29,556 nucleotides of DNA from Candidatus Iainarchaeum sp. (GTDB lineage: Archaea; Iainarchaeota; Iainarchaeia; Iainarchaeales; JAXPJC01). The notes beneath the pieces are model-generated. The model searched no databases and had not been told where the DNA came from. It was given only the letters and a program-made list of their open reading frames with translations. The position numbers and the translations under genes are program-made. The stretch covers positions 1 to 29,556 of the forward strand of contig JACPJC010000001.1 of assembly GCA_016187745.1 (NCBI GenBank). Reading direction: 5' to 3'. Of the stretch, positions 16,826 through 25,630 are shown piece after piece. The first letter of the stretch is position 1. Each line of letters starts with the position of its first letter.

Positions 16826-17215
16826 GTGCCTTATATAGATTCGCAGATATTCAGGAAAAAAGGGGAGAAGAAAAATCTCACAATTACGCTTTCCGAGGGC
16901 GAGCCGATTCTCTCTTCAATAAAAACAGCAATGGCGCAGAACAAAATAGGGGAAGTGAAAGTTGAGGACATGTCGGGAGAGGTAAAGGAAGCGACAATAA
17001 GCTTCATGAGCGGCAGCAAATACGAGTGCAAGGAGCTGCGCAACCAGGGAATACTGCGCGCCTCCGGGAACTTCAAGCTGAATTTTGACGAGCTTTACGG
17101 GAACATGCACATCTCAACAGCGGGGAAAAGCCCGATTACGGGAACTTTTGTGAAGGGAAAGGCCGCTGACGGTCTTGAAATAAAAATGAGCTTTGTTGAA
17201 ATAAAGGACAAGTAA
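16826..17215 (+). CDS. PPC/DUF296-like domain protein
   Basis: ITLSEGEPILSSIK...GEVKEATI...GNF...NMHIS pattern; GGTGA ribosome-binding site supports GTG start at 16826. Confidence 0.65.
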   Translation: MPYIDSQIFRKKGEKKNLTITLSEGEPILSSIKTAMAQNKIGEVKVEDMSGEVKEATISFMSGSKYECKELRNQGILRASGNFKLNFDELYGNMHISTAGKSPITGTFVKGKAADGLEIKMSFVEIKDK

Positions 17216-17251
17216 TATTAATCAGAAGCGCGCTATTTAATTTTCGGTTCT

Positions 17252-17944
17252 ATGCAATCAATGCTCAATTTCGGAAAAAGCGAAAAAGGCAAAATCCTCG
17301 CGCTCCTGCGCGCTTTTCCGCGGATAGAAACAAAAACCGAATTTGAGGAATTCCGCTGCAAAATCGGAAATTCTGTTGCAACGCTCTATCGCACGGGAAA
17401 GCTAACAATACAGGGCACAGACCATGAGGATGTAAAGCAGAGGCTGCTTTCCGGGCTCGGCTTGTCCGAGGAGCTTACCCTCGGAATTGATGAGGTTGGG
17501 CGCGGAGAGCGCACAGGGCCCTTTGTAATGGCAGCGCTTTTGGGCGATGCAAACAAATTGCGCGAACTGCGCGACAGCAAGAAAACAAGCGACATAAAGG
17601 GCAAATTCGGGCTTGCGAGCGCAAACAGCCTTGCTACTATGGTTTTCATGGTTAATAGTAACTATATAGATAGATTGAGGGAAAAAGGTAAGACATTAGA
17701 CGAAATAGAGTGCGAATTTATTAAGGGCAGCAGGCTAATTCTTGATGGTTTGGGCGAAAAAGTGCAGATTAAGGTGGATGGCAATGCGTTAAAACCCTGC
17801 CCGGGAGGCATTACCTTCATCCCGAAGGGGGATGATTTGGAGCCGGCAATAGGCGCTGCGAGCGTTGTTGCAAAGCATTTGCGCGAGATTTCGGGGGATA
17901 AAAATGAAAGGAAAACCTGGAACAAAAAGGAGGGGTCAAAATAG
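17252..17944 (+). CDS. Type 2 ribonuclease H with N-terminal TBP-like domain (RNase HIII-like)
   Basis: GIDEVGRGE..GP, LRDSKK, VDG, KGD...IGAASVVAK; N-terminal ATLYRTGKLTIQG resembles the RNase HIII TBP-like (DUF3378) domain. Confidence 0.82.
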   Translation: MQSMLNFGKSEKGKILALLRAFPRIETKTEFEEFRCKIGNSVATLYRTGKLTIQGTDHEDVKQRLLSGLGLSEELTLGIDEVGRGERTGPFVMAALLGDANKLRELRDSKKTSDIKGKFGLASANSLATMVFMVNSNYIDRLREKGKTLDEIECEFIKGSRLILDGLGEKVQIKVDGNALKPCPGGITFIPKGDDLEPAIGAASVVAKHLREISGDKNERKTWNKKEGSK

Positions 17945-18102
17945 CGGATAAAAAGATTGTCGTGGAAAAGGCTCCGGACAGGAAAGAAAAAGAAAAGCTG
18001 ATGATTGAGGGATATAAAAAAATGGCAAAACTTGACGAGAAAATTGAGAAAGAAATGAAGCATGTAAGCAAAGAAGCGGATGCGATACCGGATGGATGTT
18101 AA
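17941..18102 (+). CDS. Small EndoAI/MazE-like antitoxin-like protein (53 aa, start uncertain)
   Basis: Below the ORF-track cutoff: IADKKIVVEKAPDRKEKEKLMIEGYKKMAKLDEKIEKEMKHVSKEADAIPDGC; GGAGG 7 nt before ATA at 17941; the EGYKKMA helix resembles MazF-binding antitoxin tails. Confidence 0.5.
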   Translation: MADKKIVVEKAPDRKEKEKLMIEGYKKMAKLDEKIEKEMKHVSKEADAIPDGC

Positions 18103-18119
18103 ATAGGCAAATCCATTAT

Positions 18120-18767
18120 TTATTCTTCAGCTTCAGCGCCTTCTGGCATCGGCGGCAGCTCAATGTCCTTTTCCTCTTCCTTTCCAGAATCAAGCCCCTC
18201 AAGCTGCGCCTGAAGCCTTTTGGTTTCCTCAGGGCCCAGTTTCATTTTCTTTGCCTTTGCGCCGAGCATTGCAGAATTCCCGAAAGGGTCCTCAATAATT
18301 ACAGTAAATGGAACTTCCCCGTTCCTTGCCTTTTTTATGCGCTCCAATTCCTTCCTTGCCAATTTGCTCTCATCAGCCTCATCAGTTCCCGGAGAGCTAA
18401 TAAGCGCCTTTGTGGCTGACTCAACGCGGTCCAAAATCCCTTCAATGTTTGTTATATACCCCTCGGCGGCAGGTCCCGGCTCAATTGAAATTCCTAATCT
18501 GTCAATCCTTATCGTGCCTGTCGAGCTCCTGATTACTTTTGCCTCAAGGTCCTTTTTCTCTGAAACTTCCGCCTTATAAAGTACAGGATCCTTTGCATTT
18601 GCAATCATCACATCATTCAGCTTGTAACTGCATTTTTCGCACGCAAGGGTCGTTATTATTGCCTTACCGAAATGCGGAATTTCCTGCAGGTGTTCCACAA
18701 GCCTTGCATTTTTACCGCAGTTAGGGCACTCAAGCGCATATCCAACATTATTTTTCCCAGCTTCCAT
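18120..18767 (-). CDS. ZPR1 zinc finger domain protein
   Basis: CPNCG, IPHFG, CEKCSYK, VIRSSTGTI, IEPGPAAEGYITNIEGIL, IIEDPFGNS; start set at ATG 18767. Confidence 0.93.
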   Translation of the reverse strand: MEAGKNNVGYALECPNCGKNARLVEHLQEIPHFGKAIITTLACEKCSYKLNDVMIANAKDPVLYKAEVSEKKDLEAKVIRSSTGTIRIDRLGISIEPGPAAEGYITNIEGILDRVESATKALISSPGTDEADESKLARKELERIKKARNGEVPFTVIIEDPFGNSAMLGAKAKKMKLGPEETKRLQAQLEGLDSGKEEEKDIELPPMPEGAEAEE

Positions 18768-18845
18768 GAAATAAAAGGCATAAAATAGGTTTATAAAAAT
18801 ATGCAGGGGAAAATCCCGCAAGCAGGTTTATAAAAGTATTTTTAC

Positions 18846-19337
18846 CTAAGCCGCCTTCTTGTTTGCGCTTCTGTAGATTATTTTGTGCATATCCTCGCGG
18901 CTCAAATCGGCTTCCTCCCCCTTTTTCCCTTTTTTATTTTTCCCTTCCCGCATTTCCCCGAGGATTTCCTTTATTGCCTTCAGTTCAACGGCGGTATTTG
19001 CCTTGAAGTTGTCTAAATTCTGAAGCCTGCTCTCAATGATTTTCCCTTCCTTCATTTCCTTTGCGTTTGCAACCTCCAGCAGAACCCTTTCCAAATCCCC
19101 CAGGCGCGAGTGCGCCATTTTTATCTTCTCATTGAGCGCCTTGTATCTTGCTGAGAGGTCGGCGGAAGTTGCAGCGGGGAATTTTTCATCCTGCGCATCA
19201 GCCGCAGGGGGCGCAATTTCACTCCCGCTCCCCGGGCTTTCAGCGCCTGGCCCCCTTAGCTTAGTGAGATAGAGCAGCGCATGCCCGAGCGCGAGCGCAA
19301 TAACCAGAACAAAAAGGAAGACTGTTGCAATTTCCAT
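18846..19337 (-). CDS. Single-TM coiled-coil hypothetical protein
   Basis: N-terminal TM helix, Pro/Ala/Ser linker, heptad-like helices; AGGAG upstream. Confidence 0.7.
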   Translation of the reverse strand: MEIATVFLFVLVIALALGHALLYLTKLRGPGAESPGSGSEIAPPAADAQDEKFPAATSADLSARYKALNEKIKMAHSRLGDLERVLLEVANAKEMKEGKIIESRLQNLDNFKANTAVELKAIKEILGEMREGKNKKGKKGEEADLSREDMHKIIYRSANKKAA

Positions 19338-19389
19338 AATTAATACTCCTATGCAATTGTTTATAAATATTTTTCAGGTCAATCTTAGC

Positions 19390-20538
19390 ATGGGAAATGG
19401 CGAAGTTGAGGGCGCAGGCGCACCTGAAGCCGGCGCGCAGGGCGCGGATGCCGCACCATTGAAAATGCACAAGAAATTCTCATTTAACGGCTCAATTCCG
19501 CTTTATCTTGGGATACTGCTCCTTGTCCTTGGGATTGTTGCGGGGATTACTGTGGGAAAAGTAACAATTTCGTGCACGAATGCGGATTCAAATGCAAATT
19601 GCCCGAATCCAACCCCCCCAAAGCCGCTCCTGCTCGCAAAAATCGTTTATGACGGCCAGTGCGATTTCTGCTCAAAGGAAATCTCATTCCTTTCGGTGAT
19701 TGAGGCGAACGACATAAACAAGAGCGTTGAGCCGGTCGATGCGTATTCCGAGGAAGGCAAGGCGCTTGTTAAGGAGCATAAATTCAATTTCCTGCCCGCA
19801 CTGCTGATTGATATTAACAGCCTCAGCGGCAGCATGCAGATAAAGACAAACCAAGGCGCGAGCATAAGCCTTAAGGAACTGATTGATGAGGTGCTTGATG
19901 GGATGCTTGGAAGGAAAGTTGTTATGCGCAGCGGCAATTATTTCATACTGCCTGAACTTCCAGAATTCGCGACCAAGGGCAATAATATTTCCTTCATTGA
20001 AACCCCTGAATCCTGCAAATTGGATGCGAACTTTGCGAGGCTTGATGAATTTGCGGATTATTTGTGCCCTTACTGCGCAAGCGCAGTTGCAACAGTTGAT
20101 GCGCTTAAAGAAAAATTCGGCTCAGGGCTTGATTATTACTTCAGGAACTTTGTAGTGCACGAGGAGGCGCTTAAAATCGCAAATGCCGCGGAATGCGCAA
20201 GGAAGCAGGGCGCAGAAGAGTTTGACAAGTTCATGAGATGCGCCTTCACAAAGAAATTCACCGAGAACATTGACACAACAGATTCAAATGCCCTTAAGGG
20301 ATGCGCAAATTCCTCGGGAATAGGCGACATGAACGCATTTGAAACATGCATGAATGAGTGGGGCGCATCGGACATTGTTGACCTTGAATCAGGCTCTGAC
20401 ATCCTTGCCGCGCGCGCCTATCAGCTCTCAGGAACCCCGAGCTTTGTGGTTGACTGCAGGTATGTTGTCGGATTGCCGCAGGTTGAGAGTGTAATATGCA
20501 ACTTGCATCCCGATTTGGACGGATGCGGCGCAGGGTGA
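19390..20538 (+). CDS. Membrane-anchored DsbA-like disulfide oxidoreductase with two thioredoxin folds
   Basis: TM helix, then CDFC...FLP (domain 1) and FADYLCPYC...GTPSFVVDC (domain 2); start set at ATG 19390. Confidence 0.85.
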   Translation: MGNGEVEGAGAPEAGAQGADAAPLKMHKKFSFNGSIPLYLGILLLVLGIVAGITVGKVTISCTNADSNANCPNPTPPKPLLLAKIVYDGQCDFCSKEISFLSVIEANDINKSVEPVDAYSEEGKALVKEHKFNFLPALLIDINSLSGSMQIKTNQGASISLKELIDEVLDGMLGRKVVMRSGNYFILPELPEFATKGNNISFIETPESCKLDANFARLDEFADYLCPYCASAVATVDALKEKFGSGLDYYFRNFVVHEEALKIANAAECARKQGAEEFDKFMRCAFTKKFTENIDTTDSNALKGCANSSGIGDMNAFETCMNEWGASDIVDLESGSDILAARAYQLSGTPSFVVDCRYVVGLPQVESVICNLHPDLDGCGAG

Positions 20539-20542
20539 AAAA

Positions 20543-20728
20543 ATGAAAAATAACAGAAACAGCAATAACAGAAAGGTTTATCCAAAAGGGTATACTCCAA
20601 CCTTGAGGGATTTCGTAAATAATGTATTGAAAGGAAGGGTTTTGAATGCAGACCCGCTCTTGAATTTGCCCATCAAAAAGCCCTGGAAGCAGAAGAGAAG
20701 AAGGCAACAGACAAGGGTAAGGCTTTAG
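20543..20728 (+). CDS. Very basic small hypothetical protein
   Basis: GGTGA ribosome-binding site overlapping the upstream stop; no family recognised. Confidence 0.45.
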   Translation: MKNNRNSNNRKVYPKGYTPTLRDFVNNVLKGRVLNADPLLNLPIKKPWKQKRRRQQTRVRL

Positions 20729-20788
20729 AACCAAATAAATGGTTTTGGCAGGCATTCCTTTTAATTTCTTTATTCCACTAGTTTTATC

Positions 20789-21871
20789 ATGCCGGTAAAT
20801 CCAGGGGTTGAATATGTTGTGGCTGAGGAGCGCTACCACAAGGCGCGCACGCCTTCCGAGAAGCTTTCCTGCCTGATTGAAATGCTGCGCACTGTTCCGA
20901 AGCACAAGGGAACTGAAAAAATAAGGGCCGAATTCACGCACAAGATTGCGCTCCTGCGCAGGGAAATAGAAAAGCAGAAGGAAGTGCAGTCAAAGCGCGG
21001 CTCAGGCGCCGCAATTGCTGTAAAGAAGGAAGGGATTGGGCAGGTTGTTTTGATAGGAATGCCAAACTCAGGAAAAAGCACTCTTTTGAATCTGCTCACT
21101 GATGCGCATGCTGAAGTTGCTCCATATCCATTCACAACAAAAAAGCCAGAAGTCGGAATGCTTGACTACAAGGGCGCGAAAATACAGCTGGTTGAAGTGC
21201 CGGCGCTGATTGAGGGAAGCTCCGGGGGAAAGGCAAACGGCATGCAGGCGCTTTCAATAATAAGGAACGCGGATGCAATAATATTTGTTTTAAGTTCTGC
21301 TGAAAATGCGGATGCCGAATTGAAAATCCTGCAGGCCGAACTGGAAAAGGCAAACATAAAGGCAAACAAGAGCAGGCCGAACATAAAAATCAGGCAGGCG
21401 GAATTCAAGGGCATTACTATTTCAGGGAAAAAATTCCTTAAGATCAAGGAGGGGGAGCTGTCGGATTTTTTAAAGGGAATAGGGATACACAATGCGAGCA
21501 TTGTTTTGAATGAGCCCACAACAATTGACAGGATTGCTGAAGTGCTTGATGAAAGGATTATCTACAAGCGCGCGCTGAATGTAATCCCTGAAAAGGACGC
21601 GGAAAACATTGATGAGCTGAAGCGCAGCATTTTCGCACTGCTGAACAAGATTCTTATTTACACTAAAAAGCCGGGAGTGCAGGCCGATTTGAACGAGCCG
21701 CTTGTTGTGAATAAGGGGAACAGCATTGAGGAGATCGCAAAAAACCTGCACAAGGGGCTGGCGCAGAAATTCAAGTACGCCAAAGTGTGGGGCTCAACCA
21801 AATTCCCCGGGCAGAGGGTCTCGCGCAATTACAAGCCGAAGGATTTTGACATAATTGAGATATACGGGTAA
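20789..21871 (+). CDS. DRG/OBG-family GTP-binding protein with TGS domain (degenerate G3/G4)
   Basis: PKHKGTEK N-terminal motif, GMPNSGKST, YPFTT, C-terminal YTKKPG...KYAKVWG..KFPGQRV TGS domain. Confidence 0.92.
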   Translation: MPVNPGVEYVVAEERYHKARTPSEKLSCLIEMLRTVPKHKGTEKIRAEFTHKIALLRREIEKQKEVQSKRGSGAAIAVKKEGIGQVVLIGMPNSGKSTLLNLLTDAHAEVAPYPFTTKKPEVGMLDYKGAKIQLVEVPALIEGSSGGKANGMQALSIIRNADAIIFVLSSAENADAELKILQAELEKANIKANKSRPNIKIRQAEFKGITISGKKFLKIKEGELSDFLKGIGIHNASIVLNEPTTIDRIAEVLDERIIYKRALNVIPEKDAENIDELKRSIFALLNKILIYTKKPGVQADLNEPLVVNKGNSIEEIAKNLHKGLAQKFKYAKVWGSTKFPGQRVSRNYKPKDFDIIEIYG

Positions 21872-21879
21872 AAATTTTA

Positions 21880-22668
21880 TTATTTGTAAAAAAGCCCGCC
21901 ATATGCTGGCTTTCCCAGTTCTATTTTCAGCCTGCCTTTGAGATTTTTCCTGAGATGTTCTACCATTGGCATCAATTCGGAAGGTTTGCATGCATTAATT
22001 CTGAATAGGAATATTCTTCCTTCTGCAAATATTTTCAGCTTGAAGTTTATATAACCAAGGGCATCGCCAGAAACTTCAGGCGGGAGCCAAAGGACAATTT
22101 TACCGATATTTTTTAGGGCAAAGCTCTTTCCTTTATGCCTAGGATTTAATCTGCTGATGAAATAATTCTTTACAGTCAGTTTCTTTTCCCCTCCATTCAA
22201 TTCCAATATTAGTGACCACCTTAAAGCTGCATAAACAACCCATAAGCCCAGTGCTGCAAAAAGAAACACCAAGGAGAATCCTACAATATCAAGAATATTC
22301 TCTATATTTACCGATCCAAAATTCATTACAATATATGAAAAAACTAAAAGCATGAAAATTCCAGTCCCTAAAATAATCTCAGGCATCCACCTCTCAGGCT
22401 TTAATACATACGTGGAAGAAGATTTAGGTTCTTCATGCTCTTTCTCTTTTGAGAATATTCTTCCGAATGCGGCATTTTCCTTTTCAACTTCCTTATTGAG
22501 GTAATTTCCATATATGTTCTTGTATCTGTAGGCAATGTAGAAGAGGTACAGGACGGGCAAAAGGTTAATCGCAGAGCCAAGCATCCCTTCGGTAAAAACT
22601 ATTGCCAGCGCAAGAAGAAAAAAGAAAATGACGGCATCCCTGATTATGGCTTTAGCAATAGGCTTCAT
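21880..22668 (-). CDS. Four-TM hypothetical membrane protein
   Basis: Four hydrophobic segments and a soluble beta-rich C-terminus; visibly more AT-rich than neighbours. Confidence 0.7.
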   Translation of the reverse strand: MKPIAKAIIRDAVIFFFLLALAIVFTEGMLGSAINLLPVLYLFYIAYRYKNIYGNYLNKEVEKENAAFGRIFSKEKEHEEPKSSSTYVLKPERWMPEIILGTGIFMLLVFSYIVMNFGSVNIENILDIVGFSLVFLFAALGLWVVYAALRWSLILELNGGEKKLTVKNYFISRLNPRHKGKSFALKNIGKIVLWLPPEVSGDALGYINFKLKIFAEGRIFLFRINACKPSELMPMVEHLRKNLKGRLKIELGKPAYGGLFYK

Positions 22669-22672
22669 TAAT

Positions 22673-23777
22673 TTACCACTTTATATTCTTCCATTCCTTC
22701 GCTTCCTCTTCCATTGACTGCGCCTCATCCTCTTTCGGCGCGAGCATGCCCTGAAGCTTCCTTCTGTTTGCAAACAAAAACAGCGCAATGAGCAGGGCCA
22801 CAAGCCCGACTACAATCTGCATTACAAGATTTGTGTCAAGAAGCACGGGGTTTTCCTGCGAAAATCCCCCGGAATAAATTGCGATTACGGCCTTCTTCGC
22901 CTTTTCCGCGTATTCAATTGCAAAATCATATTTCCCCTGCTCATAATAGGATTTTGCCTTTCCCCAGAACTCATTTAATTTCTCCACTTCGCTTTGCGCA
23001 ACCCATTTCCATCTTGTGTCCTGCGCAAGCATATAATCTGCCGCTTCACCCAGTTTGCTGTAATTGTTCCCTGTTTTTTCCCTTAATGAAGGGTCATCAG
23101 CATACAGCGCGTCCCTTGCGCTTGCCATCTGCATGCGCGTTTTAAGGTTGTCAACCAGCGCCCCTTTGGTGCTCGCCTCGCTGAATGCCTGCTCAAAATA
23201 GCGCTTTGCGGAATCCGAATCCCCGATGAATTCAACGATTGAGGAATACTTGTACGGGAGTTTTGCATAGCTCTGATAGAGCTGCGCCTTGTATTCCGAA
23301 ATGTCCAGCTCAGGGTTAAGGAGCAGATTATTCAGCTGCTCGCTTGCCTGCTGGTGCGCAAGCGCAGTTTCGCTGAGGGATGAAACCTCCTCAAACACGG
23401 CATCATACCCTGCCTTGAGATCTGTAAGAGCTTCAACGCTAGGGTTTTGCGCAAATGCGCCTTCCTTGCTGTACGCATCGCGCAGCTTTCCGGAAATTGC
23501 CGCTGTCAGTTCCATAAGTGCGGAGGTTTTCGCCTTAAGGCTGCTTGCCGAATTAATCACATTGCCCGGGAGATTTGCATCCCTCATTATGCGACAAAAT
23601 TGTTACAACCCAATAGGAATCCTTCCCGTAATCAACAAGCTTGATGGGCCTTATTTCAGTGCTTTCCTTTGCAATAAGATAGCGCTCCGCAACAGTCTGC
23701 GCCTCAAGGCTTGAGATTGCGTAAACCGCATTCATGAAAAGCAGGGCAATCAGCAGTGCAAACACAAACCGCGCCAT
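22673..23777 (-). pseudogene. Frameshifted secreted, C-terminally membrane-anchored helical protein (two ORFs joined near 23553..23600)
   Basis: ORF 23553..23777 carries a signal peptide; overlapping ORF 22673..23587 in another frame carries the ectodomain and C-terminal TM but no signal peptide. Confidence 0.65.
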
Positions 23778-23901
23778 GCTATAATAATAATTATTATATA
23801 TTAAAAGGTTTCGTGTGCGGAGCGGAGGAAGGTATCTGAAACGCAGTTTCTGATGGAAACCCTTAAAAATTGCGCATGCATATTAATATCGGGAGTTAGA
23901 G

Positions 23902-24582
23902 ATGCAGGAAGATTCGGCAAGAATAGGCAATGCCATAAAGCGCCTTGAGAAGGCGCTGAACAAGGCAAGCCTTGCGCTCGGGAAGAATGCTGAGCTTAAC
24001 GCAATGCTCAAGGAGATTTATGATCTGGCTTCGGAGATTGAGCAGATTTCAGAGACAAACCCCGCAGTTTCCAATTCCCTGCAAAAGGCGCTTGAGGAGC
24101 GCTGCATTGTGGACTTGTATGTCAAATTTGAGAATGCCCTTACAGAATTGAAGTCAACAGCAAAATCATTTGAAGAGCAGGCAATAAAGGCATCGCTCTT
24201 CCTTGAGAACTACAGGAACGCGCGCACTTACAATTTTGCGGATGAAAATGCCTCCAGGGAATTTGTTTCAAGCCTTTACGAGCTTTTCGGGATTGAAACC
24301 GCATATCTCAAGCCCGAGATGGTAGGGCTTTCGGACTTTACAGCAATAGCAAAGGAGCTGAAGCTGCAGGAGGAAGGCGCAAACACGATAAAGGTCCCCA
24401 TAACGCAGATTCCCGCGCTTATTGGCAAGCTGCAGAAAAGCGCGCTTGCAAAGAACTTCAGGCTTGAGAATGAGCTGGTTAAAATAGTGTTCAGGCAGCC
24501 GAATGTCCTGTTTGTGGAAGCGGACAGTTCCAAAATAAAGCGCCTGGACAGATTGTGCAAAACACTCGGCGGAAGCTACTGA
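23902..24582 (+). CDS. Hypothetical protein with N-terminal coiled coil
   Basis: Clean ORF with GGGAG ribosome-binding site and BRE/TATA-like GAAACCCTTAAAAA upstream. Confidence 0.75.
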   Translation: MQEDSARIGNAIKRLEKALNKASLALGKNAELNAMLKEIYDLASEIEQISETNPAVSNSLQKALEERCIVDLYVKFENALTELKSTAKSFEEQAIKASLFLENYRNARTYNFADENASREFVSSLYELFGIETAYLKPEMVGLSDFTAIAKELKLQEEGANTIKVPITQIPALIGKLQKSALAKNFRLENELVKIVFRQPNVLFVEADSSKIKRLDRLCKTLGGSY

Positions 24583-25010
24583 TTTAATTTGCACAATCCC
24601 CTTATTTTCCCTGTGAATTCCTTCGCTTTCCCGATTGAGGTTTTTGCTTCCCCCTCGCCGATTGATTTTATTTCCCCATAAACAACATCGTGCCTCCTTA
24701 CCCTGTATCTGTTGAATGCATAAATCAGCTGGCCTGATTCGGCAGGCAGCATTGCCGCGCAGAACTGCACAACAGCAACATGGTGCGATTCGCTGAGTGC
24801 GCGGTAGCCCTTTGCAGCCATAAGCGCCCTGCCTGCAGAGAGCATTGCATTGTAAGCAGCGACAAATGCCCAGTCGGCGTGCCCTGCATTTAAAATATCT
24901 GCTGCCGCAACAAGGTCCTTCTCTGCGGATTTTATGAGCTCTTTCGCAGAATTTGCATCAGCGTCAACTTTTTCTATCAAATGCTTCTGCAGCAGTTCTT
25001 TCAAATCCAT
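24576..25010 (-). CDS. HEPN domain protein (toxin-like), module 2
   Basis: AYNAMLSAGRALM..KGYR...HH...RRHDVVY. Confidence 0.87.
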   Translation of the reverse strand: MDLKELLQKHLIEKVDADANSAKELIKSAEKDLVAAADILNAGHADWAFVAAYNAMLSAGRALMAAKGYRALSESHHVAVVQFCAAMLPAESGQLIYAFNRYRVRRHDVVYGEIKSIGEGEAKTSIGKAKEFTGKIRGLCKLNQ

Positions 25011-25563
25011 TTTCTTCCCCCAAAAGCCATATTTTCCTGTTTTTTATCACCGCACTGACAAATGAACTTTTCTCATTAAGCTTTTTAATGAGCTCATTCC
25101 CGCTCCACAATATGAAATTTATCTCCCTGCCGCTCTGCTCCTGCGCTTTCATGCAGGCAGAGGCTATTTCATTCTCATTGGCAGAGCCTATGATCAGCAA
25201 ATCAATGTCGCTTTTTTCCCTGAAGGCGCCTTTTGCAAGGCTGCCATAGATGAATGCGTATTTTATCCCCCTGATATTGGAAAGCCCTGACTTCAGCTGC
25301 GCAAATATGCCCTCGGTTTTCATGTAAAGGGATTTCAAGTCATCAAGAAAAGGGCTTGCGCTGTTTGTGCTGAATACAGCAAGATTGCCGACCCTTTCGG
25401 ATTTCAGAATTCCCAGCTCAAGCAGATTATCAAGCTCCCTTTTTGCTTCTGAAACTGACACATCCGCCCTGCGTGCGATTTCCCTTAAATGCAGGCCGTT
25501 GTTGAGCAGCACAATCCCCAGCACCTTTACTTTTGCGCGGGAGTGCATAAGTTTCTCTAACAT
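24964..25563 (-). CDS. HTH + minimal nucleotidyltransferase (MNT antitoxin), module 2
   Basis: HLREIARRADVSVSEAKRELDNL HTH; IYGSLAKG...SDIDL. Confidence 0.9.
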   Translation of the reverse strand: MLEKLMHSRAKVKVLGIVLLNNGLHLREIARRADVSVSEAKRELDNLLELGILKSERVGNLAVFSTNSASPFLDDLKSLYMKTEGIFAQLKSGLSNIRGIKYAFIYGSLAKGAFREKSDIDLLIIGSANENEIASACMKAQEQSGREINFILWSGNELIKKLNEKSSFVSAVIKNRKIWLLGEENGFERTAAEAFDRKS

Positions 25564-25602
25564 GTTCTTAATTATAGAACAATTGTTCTTTTAAATAGAA
25601 CA
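25563..25602. promoter_or_regulatory. Two tandem palindromic operators over the module 2 promoter and start codon
   Basis: TGTTCT-taattat-AGAACA (25563..25581) and TGTTCT-tttaaat-AGAACA (25584..25602), 21-bp period; the second spacer contains the TATA-like TTTAAA. Confidence 0.8.
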
Positions 25603-25630
25603 CTAGCTTTCCAGAGAAATAAGAATTAGG

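Noticed and set aside
23807-23862. GGTTTC...GAAACC stem with CTGATG/GAAAC, hammerhead-like
   Set aside because: No stem II or complete core; the arms are better explained as BRE elements of two divergent promoters.
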